Positions 44,079 to 55,700 of a stretch of 64,000 nucleotides of DNA are shown here, piece after piece. Position 1 is the first letter of the stretch. Every line of letters begins with the position of its first letter. The notes under the pieces are model-generated. The model had not been told where the DNA came from. It searched no databases and saw nothing but the letters and a program-made list of their open reading frames with translations. Source of the stretch: Folioceros fuciformis (Eukaryota); contig JBNGIO010006258.1 in NCBI GenBank assembly GCA_049999805.1, positions 178,486 to 242,485 of the forward strand, read 5' to 3'. The position numbers and the translations under genes were made by a program.

Positions 44079-44639
44079 CCCTTCTGCCGGATGCTTCAGC
44101 GGGCCGGATTGGATTGGATCGGTGGTCTGGATGCCGAGCTTCGAGAAGCGAGGGACTGGCGACTCCGGATTCCTTCCAGGCTCAGTGTGCCTTGCGTTTG
44201 GAGGTCTATCAAGGAGACGAAATTAATCTGCCTTGTGGGCCAAGCAATGCGAACGATTCCAGGGCGTGGGCGTCTTTGACCTCTTCGTAGACTACTTGAA
44301 AATTTTCACCTCACGCCTTGCTTGCCCGGAACAAATATTCGTGCAGATACAGGTAAGTCTGCCCATTTCCCCATTCCTTTCTAATGTGAACACAAGGGTG
44401 GAGAAATCGAGCCGAGAACTGGAACTAGATTGTGTCCTCCACGCTTCATGGATAAAGAGTGATAGCCCTGTACTGAGCCACATTCATCGAGATCGAGAGG
44501 AACGAGCTGAGAGGAAGGGCTGGTGTGAGTAGACATCATCAACGGCCCAGGATGGGAAAGGTGGGATAAAAAATCATTGAATATTGTAAGAGGATTCAAA
44601 CACGGAGGCCACTCTACGCCTCTTCGTCAAACCATGGCT

Positions 44640-45410
44640 TTGTTACACTTTCACACAGTGGAATACTTCAGCAAGAACTTGTGGAACGTTCTGCCAAAAG
44701 CCTCCTTTCATGTTGTAAGCAACAACGAAATACTCATCATCTGTCGCACTAACTTCCGACCAAGGAGATAATTGGTGAAAGAAAATCAAGAAGTCCCCAG
44801 CAACTTGTACAGCGTGCAAGTACAAATCATCCCAAATTAGAGTGTCATGTCGTAATTTGTGAGGCGGACACTCCTCTCCAACCTTTGCCCATTGCTTCCA
44901 GTGGTTGTCCACCATCCAAATACCATTGGAGTGGCAAAGCAGCAGTCTTTCATGGTGCAATACCAGACAATAGCCATTGATCCTCTCCCAAAAACTTGTC
45001 CAATGCACAGGCAATGCTACTTTATGCAGGTAACGCGGACCATCCTCTATGTTTAGTTGCACCAGCTCAAAAGGTATAACATCATTATGAACCAAGGTAG
45101 TGTACAAGCTGTCACCAAAGGCCATAACGTCATCAACTCATTCCCTCCAGATAAGAAGACCCTCCACTTAAAAATACTGCTGTTGTAAATAGCGCAGTAA
45201 TACCGCTGCGATCATGTAGTGCCATGATAAAAGCAGATCCTAGCATTTCACAAAAACCTTGAAGCAAGGAAAGCTTTCATTTGCCTTTTTTGTCCCCCTG
45301 ACTAGAGCGGTACGAAGAACAACAAGCCTCTTGAGCATCTTTGCTCGTTCCTGTGGTCCATCGTAAATGACACGAGCTGAAGGTCGTGTCATTTACCAAG
45401 GACCACGGGC
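44640..45410 (-). pseudogene. Truncated F-box gene copy (C-terminal part only)
   Basis: GPRYLHKVALPVHW, LLLCHSNGIWMVDN, VQVAGDF, YFVVAYNMKGGFWQNVPQVLAE match the F-box at 47433-48854; frameshifts upstream and no F-box motif. Confidence 0.88.
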
Positions 45411-45933
45411 AGATGTGTGACCATACTTTTTTGCAGTCTACGGTATCTTTTGGCCCCTGGCCAGTGAGTCATACGTGTTAGTTGAGTCTAATTGGTGGTT
45501 GATAGCCATCTTGATGGATTTTCGTCTATTCCAAGGTAATAATGTGAAACCACAGCCTGTGGATGTAGGAGACTTCCTGCAGGAGATAACGACGCCCGAA
45601 AGCCAGCAGTTTTTGCAGCCTGGTTTCCATCACCTCATTGTTGAGAGCTTCATGAAGTCTTATAAAAGCTCTGATTTACGTAGGGAGGCCCTTCAAATTG
45701 TTGATTCTTCCAAGGTATGTAGCATATGTAATTCTTGTCCTGTGCTGGATTGATTCTAAGGGTTGTAGAGCTCTGAAGCACGGTCCGATCTTCAGGTGAT
45801 GCACGAGATCTGGTTCAAGCTGACAAGCCCTTAGCGCTGAAGCTCCGTGATGGTGAAGGGATATAAGGTGAGCTCTTGCTCGGTCTTCAAACAGTAGCAA
45901 ATAGGACTTCATTTGAGAGGAATCTCTGGTTGT

Positions 45934-46042
45934 GCTGATCTCAGCCATGTTGATGCTGATCTCAGCCACGTTGATGCGAATCTCAGCCAGGTTGATGCTG
46001 ATCTCACCCAGGTTGATGCTGATCTCAGCCAGGTCGATGCTG
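45934..46042. repeat. 21-bp tandem repeat, about 5 copies
   Basis: Unit GCTGATCTCAGCCAGGTTGAT. Confidence 0.9.
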
Positions 46043-46355
46043 TAATAATTTGGACATTATATTTCTCCAACCAAGTACAGTCTAGTCCACAGGCATCTAG
46101 CGGTGCCCTTCTTCATGTGTCATGACATCTTGTGATCGAGGTCTGTGAGGTCCACCCACTAGAAATATTGCAATTGCTGATGTTAAGCAAACTGGCAGAG
46201 TTAAGGAAGGGAACTTGTGTGACTGGAGTTTTAGGCCCCAATGGAAGGCTTGAGTACGTTGCTGGAGAAGAGTCTGCGTTCTTCGCTGCTAATGTTGTGA
46301 AGGAGGTTATGGATGCTTCAGACAAAGTTCGCATCCAGCTACTATATGAAAGAGA

Positions 46356-46903
46356 CGACATTCAGACACCTGTGACAGTTCCTGCTCCATTCGCAGAACT
46401 TTCGCCTCCAACTCGGTTGTCTCACGTCTTTTTGCCGGCGAGAAATTGGTTTGCTTCCATCTTCCTGGCCAACTTCCTGAGTTCTTGGACTCTTTTCCTG
46501 TTCCTGTGTCAGCAAGCAATGCCTTTTCCGCACAAAGATCTTGCTTGACAATCTCTGGCTCAGCCTTCAACCTTGGCAACATGCCACTCCTTTCGCAATG
46601 TCTCATTTTGATGTCCCTGCACTGTCAACCTGAGCTTCAAATCATAAAGCTCTGCTGATAGCTGGCGGATTCTTTCTGCTGCCAGTGACTCCGCTGCTGC
46701 CCCTTCCTTCATGTCCAGCAATTCGGCCTGCAATGCAATGATTGTTCTTGCCGTCTCCGTCTCAGCTTGCGCGCGGGAGGTGTCCATGTCTCGCTCTCTG
46801 GCCAGCGCTGCAGCATGTATCATTCCATGTCCCGTCGTATGATCCGTTCCTCTCCTCCTCCACGGACCTGGTACCGAACTGGACCTCAAGCTTCTTCAGC
46901 TCC
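46356..46903 (-). pseudogene. Two fused fragments of the kinesin-12 coiled-coil exon
   Basis: 46903-46577 matches about 57486-57082 (KKLE...GSYDGTW...[20 protein letters not shown]); 46576-46356 matches about 53719-53501 ([11 protein letters not shown]...ELSQVSEC). Confidence 0.92.
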
Positions 46904-47312
46904 CTCCCGCAGCAACGAGCACACAAACGCCACCATTTGCACGCATCCATTGCCCCGCACCAAGACTGAGAGGCGACGGACCTGCCGATGACCATGTCCT
47001 GCAAAACAAGCAGTCTTGCTTCCAGCTTCTTGGCGAGCATCTCAATCTGGAGCGCATTGCTGGATTCCGCAACCTTGTCACTGAAGAGAAATTTGCAGCG
47101 TTGCTGGAGAGCAAGGAAACATCGGGCACCTCAGGCGCAGGTGCAGAGTCCCGTCATTCCCTCTGCCGAATGCTTCATCGGGCCGGATTGGATTCGATCG
47201 GCGGTCTGGCCCCCGAGATTGCAGCAGCAAGGGACTGGCGACTGCGGATTCCTTCGACGTTCAAGGTGCCTTGCGGACTCCTTGGACATCTACCAAGGAG
47301 ACGAGTTTAATC
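46904..47312 (-). pseudogene. Copy of the 5' region, exon 1 and intron 1 of beta-repeat gene B
   Basis: Matches about 43812-44229; ATG at 47157 reads MTGLCTCA* (frameshift) versus MTGLCTTPEV in the intact gene. Confidence 0.9.
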
Positions 47313-47432
47313 TCAGGGCGGTTTAAAACATTATTGAATGTAACCGATGGGAAACGTGGATTGAGAAATTAATAAATATTCTAAGAGATTTGAAATACCA
47401 CGACTACTCTACGTAAGCAACCTGGCTTCGTT

Positions 47433-48854
47433 TTAGTTCTGCCCTGAGCAACAGGGCGGGCCTGAGACAAGAATCATTACCTGTTCTCCATCCTTTTTGC
47501 TGAACATTTCAGCAAAAACTTCAGGAACCTTCTGCCAAACGCGTCCATTCATGTTGTAAGCAATAACGAAATACGCATCACATTCAAACCAAAAAGGCAA
47601 TTTGAAAGCAAAAATCACAAACTCCCCAGCGACTTGCACATGCTCCAACTCTAAATCCGCCCACTTCGAAGTCTCGGGAGATAGCATGTGAGGTGGATAT
47701 CTCGCTGCCACCTTGGCCCATTGCTGTGAAGCATTGTCCAACATCCAAATACCCATAGAGTGGCAAAACAATAGCCTTGCATGGTGCTCTACCAAGTGAA
47801 ACCTCTCCATCCTCTCTTGAACATTGGTCCAAAACACAGGCAATGCTAATTTATGCAAGTATCGTGGACCAATCTCTGTGTTCAATTGCGCCACCTCCCA
47901 AGGCCCATTCTCATGAGCTAAGATTGTGTACAAGCTTCCCCGAAAGAATATAACGTCTTGCCCCTCACTCTGTCCGCATAAGAAGCTGTTCCATTCATCG
48001 GTACAACTATTGTAGATAAAGGAAGTGTGCTCATGAGGCCACATGATGTGCTGGTCATGGTGATGACGAAGGTGGTGTAAGTAACTCACCTGAAGCTTGA
48101 AGCATGGAAAGCTTTCCTCCGCAGTTTTAGTTCCCCTCAACAAGGTCGCACAAGTAATGGAACAATAATTCTTCAATAGTGGAGGTAAAACTTTGAAGGT
48201 CTTGTTCTGTAGATTGACCACACAAAAATGTATTCCCTCGCCATCGATGAGCTTACAAATACATATAAAATCACAAGATTTATGAGGAAACATATCACCA
48301 GAATGGAACAAACATGGTAAGAAAGACATATCCACTACCAAGCTTCTCCTCAAAGGGGGCCAAGTTGAAACTCCAGGCTGAATATTCCTTGCAAACGAGT
48401 CTTGTCTTCTAAGATTCACACTATAATACATGCTTGCCCAAGAGGGAGGTGGCATCCTTGAACGTGATCTAAGAAAGCTTTGTCTTGCAAACTCTGAAGT
48501 AGAGAACATGACGAGCCACTCCTTGCATACAGTTTTGAAGTGGGCTTGCGATACTACTGGTAGTTGCAACAACACTTCTTCCATTGCACCATTTGGCAAT
48601 TGGTGCCAATCCCTTGTAAGAGACAATGTAGAGTCTGTTTTGATGTTAGAGTTAGAGTCAGCATCAACAAGCTCCTCTGAAACATTGTACAGTATAAGAT
48701 AGGGTTTCATGTCACTAAGCCAAGGGTCTGGGTTTGGTTCAGTGACCCTTTGCTTTGTGACTTCTATGTCTCCAACATGCTGAGTGATAGACAACACCCT
48801 ATTTTGCAAATCATTCTGCACACCCACATGGAAACTTGAATCCCCATGCAACAT
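47433..48854 (-). CDS. Intronless F-box protein with a beta-rich (FBA/kelch-like) C-terminal region
   Basis: Long ORF with F-box motif WHQLPNGAMEEVLLQLPVVSQAHFKTVCKEW, then VVNLQNKTFKVLPPL and IYNSCTDEW. First in-frame ATG at 48854. Confidence 0.88.
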   Translation of the reverse strand: MLHGDSSFHVGVQNDLQNRVLSITQHVGDIEVTKQRVTEPNPDPWLSDMKPYLILYNVSEELVDADSNSNIKTDSTLSLTRDWHQLPNGAMEEVLLQLPVVSQAHFKTVCKEWLVMFSTSEFARQSFLRSRSRMPPPSWASMYYSVNLRRQDSFARNIQPGVSTWPPLRRSLVVDMSFLPCLFHSGDMFPHKSCDFICICKLIDGEGIHFCVVNLQNKTFKVLPPLLKNYCSITCATLLRGTKTAEESFPCFKLQVSYLHHLRHHHDQHIMWPHEHTSFIYNSCTDEWNSFLCGQSEGQDVIFFRGSLYTILAHENGPWEVAQLNTEIGPRYLHKLALPVFWTNVQERMERFHLVEHHARLLFCHSMGIWMLDNASQQWAKVAARYPPHMLSPETSKWADLELEHVQVAGEFVIFAFKLPFWFECDAYFVIAYNMNGRVWQKVPEVFAEMFSKKDGEQVMILVSGPPCCSGQN

Positions 48855-48867
48855 AATTACTGCTATA

Positions 48868-49083
48868 AATCTTGAAATCTTAGGCCTTTTTTTACAAATT
48901 TGAGGTATTGTAAGACACCACTCTTTAGGGTTGTAGGCCAATCTTGAAATCTTGGGCCTCCTTCTGCAAATCTGTGGTGTTGTAAGACACCACTCTTTAG
49001 GGGTGTAGGCCAATCTTGAAATATGAGGCCTCCTTCTACAAATTCGTGGTGTTGTAAGACACCACTCTTTAGGGTTGTAGGCC
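48868..49083. repeat. 72-bp tandem repeat, 3 copies, just upstream of the F-box ATG
   Basis: Unit aatcttgaaatcttgggcctccttctgcaaatctgtggtgttgtaagacaccactctttaggggtgtaggcc. Confidence 0.92.
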
Positions 49084-49738
49084 TTGCTCTGGATGTATTA
49101 TAGTAAAAGTTTTCCCAACCAGTATACTATGCACAAGCCTTTTTTGGAACAAGCCTTTTTTGGAACAAGGAAATATAACAATGGACGGTGTGTAAGCCTC
49201 TCTTGCCTCGTCAAACAAGGAAGCAAGACTTGACATCGTTTTGTTGTTGAGAAGTATTAAATGATGTGCTTACTTCAGAGAAGGAAACAAGAAACAAGAC
49301 ATGACACCGTTTTGTTGTTGGAAAGTGCTAATTGGTGTGCTTACTTCAGGGAAGTGACAACAATGGATCACAAAGAAAGCAAGTATGTCTCAGACCAAAA
49401 TTCTCATTGCATCCATTGGAATAGCAGGTACTTTAGAAATATCCTTTAAACTATTTAAATAATCTACAATATTAATTTTGCTAGGTGTGAGATTGGTGGC
49501 TAAAGTGGCTAGGTCTTTTTGTGACACACCGTCGATCCCATGTTGCTCACGTCAACCAGCAGGGCACACATTTGCCTCATGCTAAGTTTGGAGCTTTTCT
49601 GTGCACAATGATTCTACATGGGTCTTCAAGTCTCAAGGTCCAATAATACATATCAATTTTTGATCAATTTAAGATGAATATAGTATTACACATTTGTACA
49701 AGCTTCTGTACATTCTCAAGACGCAGGTACCTCCTGCA

Positions 49739-52700
49739 CTATCTATCCTCCCGGGGGCTGGAGAGTTGTATGCCGGCCGTGAAGTTTGTCTTGTAGGGGG
49801 AATGTACAGCTCGGAGCTCGCTCAATCTCCTTTTTTCGCCAGCTATTCTCGTCTGAAGTCCAACCTCTGGGTCAGACACAAGCAAATTGGCTTGGTAGAC
49901 AAATGGAAGTGAAACGAGCGAGAACATTACCGTTAATCTTATGTCTGACAGTTCCCTCTCTGCCGTGTGAAGGCGGTCTTCAAGCTGGCGCAGAGCTTTC
50001 ATGGCTACAGTTGAATCGACTTCCGTCGAAGGAGACCCTACTCCCGCAGCCTGGGCAGTGGACAACCCCAAAGACGTAAGCTTGAAGCAACAGAAGCCCA
50101 ATTCAGTAGAGCCGCAGCTGCTTCTGCTGACTAATTCCTACCTGCATTATGCTGGTACACAGGCCAATCAGTGTTTGGGCTATTTGAATCCTGTTGTCCT
50201 CTTCTTCCTGTATCAGATCAGATGCAAGGCCATTAGTCCTTCAATACTTGGGAGACAGATAGACTCATATGTGGAGTAAATGCTGGGTGATATAATAACC
50301 TTGAGTTGGTTTCTCAGGCGTTGCTCTTCATCAATGTTCAAAAATGGCTTCTTTCCTTCCGCAGTGCGATAGCGAGCGAGCTCATCACTCACTCTCGCTA
50401 AAACTGCTTCAGTTCTTCGAAGTCTGCCGGTAAGATCGTCGTTATGTCCTCTGAGCTGGTTGTTCTCCTCCTGTAATACGCGCCAAGACGTTAGTCCAAA
50501 TGAGCAACAACGCCGTAATGACCTGTTTGGTAGTTGTTGGGTGTACATCACCTTGATCTTTGCATGATGATGAATTCGCTGCTGCAGATTCTGCTGACCA
50601 GAGAGCTTTTTCACCTCGCCTTCCAATTCTGTCAGCCGTTTCCGCTGAGCACCATTTTCTGCCTGTAACGTGAAAAGACAGTTTCTTAGACGTCTTAGAC
50701 GTGAAGATATTTCAGGGCGTTCGGCTTGCCTACGAGGCAGGTCTTATACCATCAGTCTCTCATTGTCAGCTGTGAGAGTTTGGTCTCGCAGCCTCAGCTT
50801 CTCAGCAGCAACACGAGCAGCCACCATCTCAGCCTGTCGCCTATTAATCTCTTCCAACCAGCTGCTCAACAGAACGGGACGGTCAGAGATTGCAAAGCTT
50901 GGCAATTGGGGACGCGGAAAATGCACGTGTCTTTCCTTGTTTTACCTTTCCCGCTCTTCTATGAAATCGGTCAGCTGAGCCCTCACACTTTCTAGCTCTG
51001 TTTCCTGAACGGACAACAAACAACATTCTTGATCTGCTGCTTGCTCGCACATTCAGGAAGCCAAGTTGGGATACAGAGACGGGGCTCGAACCTTCTCCCT
51101 CGCTTCGTCACTTCGCTTACGCGCAGACTCTGCAATTTGCTGAATCTTCTCCTGGCTCAGAACAGACTGTATGGAAAACATTTTACAGTCAGAACACAAG
51201 GGATGCACGTCGCCATGCACAAAAGGATGCACGTCGCCAACGTGACAGTGACTTACAGCATAGTTTGTTATGTCAAGTTTAACACCCAAAAGATCTCTCA
51301 CGACGTCATGAGTCATGCTTTCGGCTTCGGCAAGTCGTGTATGTAACATGAAAACCTGCAGGGTTTGCAAGCAAGGTGCGTTAACTAGTAGGGGCCAAAT
51401 AGTTGCGACCATCCAAAGCCTAGCTCACAATCAGCTCAATACCTCCTTTTGCCTGGCGGCAGCTATACCCTCCAACTCTTCAATCCGATGGCGGTTGGCG
51501 TACAGTTCTTCATCTATGTCTGAGTGCATCTGTTGCACAAGCCCTTTTCCCCCGCACTTGAACGGGGATCCTCCACCTTTTGTCTTGATCATTGCCCTCT
51601 CACTTGATTTGCTGGAACATTGCTGAAGCGTGGTTGGTTTGGAGTGCTCCAACAAAGATTCAAAGTGTTGAATCTGCAAGTGGAAGAACTTAAACGACCA
51701 GTCATGCACTTGTTGAGGCTTTTCAAGAAGCAGTGCAGTTGTTGGACCAACCTGTCCACTTTTTTCTTCAAGTTCCTTCCGAAGTTGGTCTGCCTCGTTG
51801 CGAGACTGCAAGAGCAGCATCTCCTTCTCTTCAAGAGTCCTAATGACGATTGCCACGACATCAGAAAAAGCAAGGTAGGGAAAACGTCGACCACTCCTTT
51901 CCCTTTAGCTACGCCAGACCTCTCTAGCTCGTCGGTCATAGCCCGTGCTTCTCTGAGATCTTGGACCCTCTGCGCATTTTTGCCTTCAGTGCTGGCTTGG
52001 ACGATGTTCATATGGTGCTTCAGCGATTGCAGCTCCATTTCCAAATCTTCTCTTAAGATGCGCTGCCTTTCTCCTTCTCTTTTCACTATGCCGACCTGGA
52101 AAGAAGAACCTGGTTAGGCTCGTGCGAAATTTTCTTCTGAGAGAAACAAACAAGTCTGTAGCAATGCCTCACCTGGCTCTCAAGGGCGTTCACAGTACTC
52201 TCTAATTCCTCCACTGATCTCTCTAGCAGTCTAGCTTCGGCATCTCGCTCCTCAGCTCGGGTTTTACTCGACTCCGCCATCTGAAGGGACCCGAGTTAGT
52301 TAGGAACGAGCTCAATGGTAACGCAATCTGTCCACGGATGGGAAAAACTATTCACCTGACGAGCTTCAGCAGCGAGGGACTCTTGCTCCTCAGCAATAGC
52401 ATGTGCCATTTCAAGCTGTTCTGTGAGCACAAGCAACTCGGCATGAAGCCTATCCCTCTCCTTGGTCACATGGTTCAACTCTTTCTTCAGAGATCGAGCC
52501 GTTTCCTGCTCCATAGACGTGACATCGAGCAACTCCATCTCCAGAGCTGCAATAGACTGTTGCTTGTCCTCCAACTCGTCTTCAAGCACTTCCTTTTGCC
52601 TGCGCAGACAATCTACTTCTTCCTTCAGAGCCAAAGCCTCTGTTGCGGCTGCCTCAGCCAATTCATTTGCCCGGTCGAGCTCCTTTCTCAAGGAATCCAC

Positions 52701-55700
52701 CGACCTGGACTTAGCAGCAAGTCCTGTCTCGAGACTTGCAGTATCGGACCTTAGTTCCTGTAGCTGGACCTTGATCTGGTCGGCCTCCTCAATACAGGAA
52801 GATAAAGTGTTCTTCGCTTGGGCCATCTCTTTGCCCATACTAGCCAGGACCCTGTCCTTATCCTGCAGCGCTCCTTCCAGTCTGCAGACTGTGGCTTCCA
52901 TTTCACGCAATTCCTGCTCTCGCGTGTCAAGCACTTGCTCAAGCTGCAGAACAGCTGCCTCTGCCCTTTGCGCTGCGTCCTTCTGATCCTTCAATTCTAC
53001 AGTCGATTCTTGCAGGAGACTAATATCGAACTCAAGTCCCCTCTTCAATTCCTCTGTTCTCTGCAGCTTCGACTGCAGGGCGGCATATTCATCCTGGCTC
53101 ACATACAGCTTTTTCTTTTCCGATTGCCAGGCTTCGGTGTGAGACTTCAGGCTCTCATTGGCAGACATGAGAGCCTTCAAGGTGCACTCCAGTTCTCTTA
53201 GCGTTGACTGCCCATCTTCTAGCCTCTTCCGCAGGGCGACTGCTTCAGCTTCCCGCTCTTCAATCTTCCTTCTGGATTCGTCAAGCTGCAGCATCAAGTT
53301 CTCCTTCTCTTGTTGGAAGTGGGCCTGAGCGTTCGCTAACATCTCCTGCCCTTCCTCTTCACAACTCACCAAAGCAGCCTTTGCGTTCTCCTTTGCCGCA
53401 AAAATTGCTGCTTCAAGTCTCTCAACCTCAGCCTGCTGCTGGCTCCTTTCTGAACTCCACGCTTCTGAAGCGTCGTCCATCCTTGCTTGGGCTATTTTCA
53501 GACATTCGGACACCTGTGAAAGTTCCTGCTCCAATTGCAAAACTTTCGCCCCCAACTCGGTTGCCTCAGATGTCTTTCTGCCAACGAGAGACTGGGCTGC
53601 TTCCAGCTGCTGACGGAGTTCTTGAATTCTTTGACTCTGTCCTGTTGCTGTGTCAGCAAGCAGTGCCTTTTCCGCACAAAGCTGTTGCTTGGCAATCTTT
53701 AGCTCAGCCTTGAACCTTGAGGCAGTTTCTTCAAGCTGATTCCTTTCGGTCCTCCAGCATGTTGCATCGGCTTCTTTCTTTGCTAGCACTCCTGCCATCA
53801 ACTCCGACAGCCGCGCAACTTCTTGTTCCAGTTGCCTGACTTTTTCTTCCGACTCCAAGGTTCTTTTACCTGCAGCAGACTCGGTTTCGGCCAACTCCAT
53901 ACGGAGCTGCATCACAATCTCCCTCAGTTCCGCCTCTGCTGCACTCTTGTCAAGTAGCTCCTTCTTGGCACCGTCTATAGCAGCCTCCAACTTCAGGGCA
54001 TTCGCTTGCATATGGCCCCGTTCTGTGTTCCACAGCTCAGTGCCACCGTTCAATTTAGCCTCTGCTCCTTCCAACGAGTCAGCCAGCTGCGAGATTTCGT
54101 ACTCCAGCTCTCTGACTTTCCCACTCAGCTCTTCAACCTCAGCAGTTTTCTTCTCCACAATCGCGTGGGCTTCTTCAGCACGGAGACTCCAACCTGCCTG
54201 AGAGTTAGCCATCATCGCACTGTTAGCAGACAAGTCTTCCTTCGTTGTCTCTAGCTGGGCCTGCAGTCGAGAAACATCTTCTTGCAACTGACTTCTTTCT
54301 GAACTCCAAACTTCAGCCTGCAACTCTGAAGTTGTTTTTGCTGCTTGAAGCACGTCAGACAAGTCTGTAAGCTCAGTCTCGAGAAATCTGACTCTGCCTT
54401 CCAGCTCCTCTGCCTCAGAGCTTCTCTGGCTTGCAACTCTGCGGCTCACGACCACCTCTTGGTTAGCTGCTTGTAACTGTGCCTCCAAACGGGACAATGT
54501 TTCCGCCACCTGATGCCTTTCATTGTTCCACAATGACGTCTCATCTTCGGTTTTCAATTTTGAATCTTCCAACAGTCCAGACAGCTGCGTAAGCTGAACT
54601 TCCAGAAGGCTCACTTTGCCCTCCAACTGCTGGGCCTCCAAGCTTTTTTGGCTAGCTGCAGACTGGAATTCTTCCAGCTGCAGCCGAAGCCGTTCCACTT
54701 CTCGTCTCAAATCTGCCATTGCTGAATTCTTCTCACGCAGCTCCATTCTAACAGCCTGCATCTCCACATTCAACTTGGAGGCGTTTGCTTCATAAGTTTC
54801 AGCATCGGCTTTCATCTTAGCCTCCGCTTCATTCAGCTGGGCAGACAACCGTGAGAGCTCATCCCTCAATTGTCTTTCCTGACCCTCTAGTTCTATCACC
54901 TCAGATGTCTTTTCCTCCGCCAAAGCCTGTGCCTGTTCCAGCTCCAATTGGAGTTTAGTCAGCCGTTTTCGCAATCCCGTTTCGATCTCCACCTGGTGAG
55001 CCAGAATCTCGCATTTTTGTTCAACTTCGTTCTGTGCTGCCTCTAGTTCGGCCCTCAACCCTCCAACATGTTCCTGAAGAGCTTCCGCCTTGCTGCTCTT
55101 TTCACTTGCCTCAGTTCGGGCTTCATGAAGCTCCGCTAAGAGCACCTCAAGCTTGTGTGTCCAGCTGCCACCTGCAGCATCTTCTCTCTGTGTGGACACA
55201 TTTCGCTCCACACCTTCCGCACCTCCACACTGGGAAGTTTCAACGTCCTCACTCTCTACGTTTCTATCACCTGCAGCGTCTTCAAAGGAATCCCGAGACT
55301 TCCTAACAGAAGTGAAAGCTGCATTCACCGTCTCCTCTGCCTGCCGCAGCTCGGCTTCATACTCCTCTTGGTTCAAACTGAGCCTCAAATTCTCGGACTT
55401 GGACTTCTCGTTAGCCCGGATGAGCGCATTCATAATCCGCTCCAGCTCCATCAAAGTGGATTGTCCCTCCTGGAAGCGTTTCAGAAGCGTTGCCGCTTCA
55501 CATCCTTTTTCCCTGGCCTCCAATCGAGCCTCATTCACATCCAAGACAAGCTGATCCTTCTCCCTCCTCCACTTCCTCTCCAGATCGTGAATGATTTCGT
55601 CTTTAGCCTCGATTGCCAACTGCACCTTCTCAAGCTCTGACTCGAGATTCGCAATTCTGAACTTAAACTTCTCAGTGCCTTCATCAGCGCCCACGCTCTT

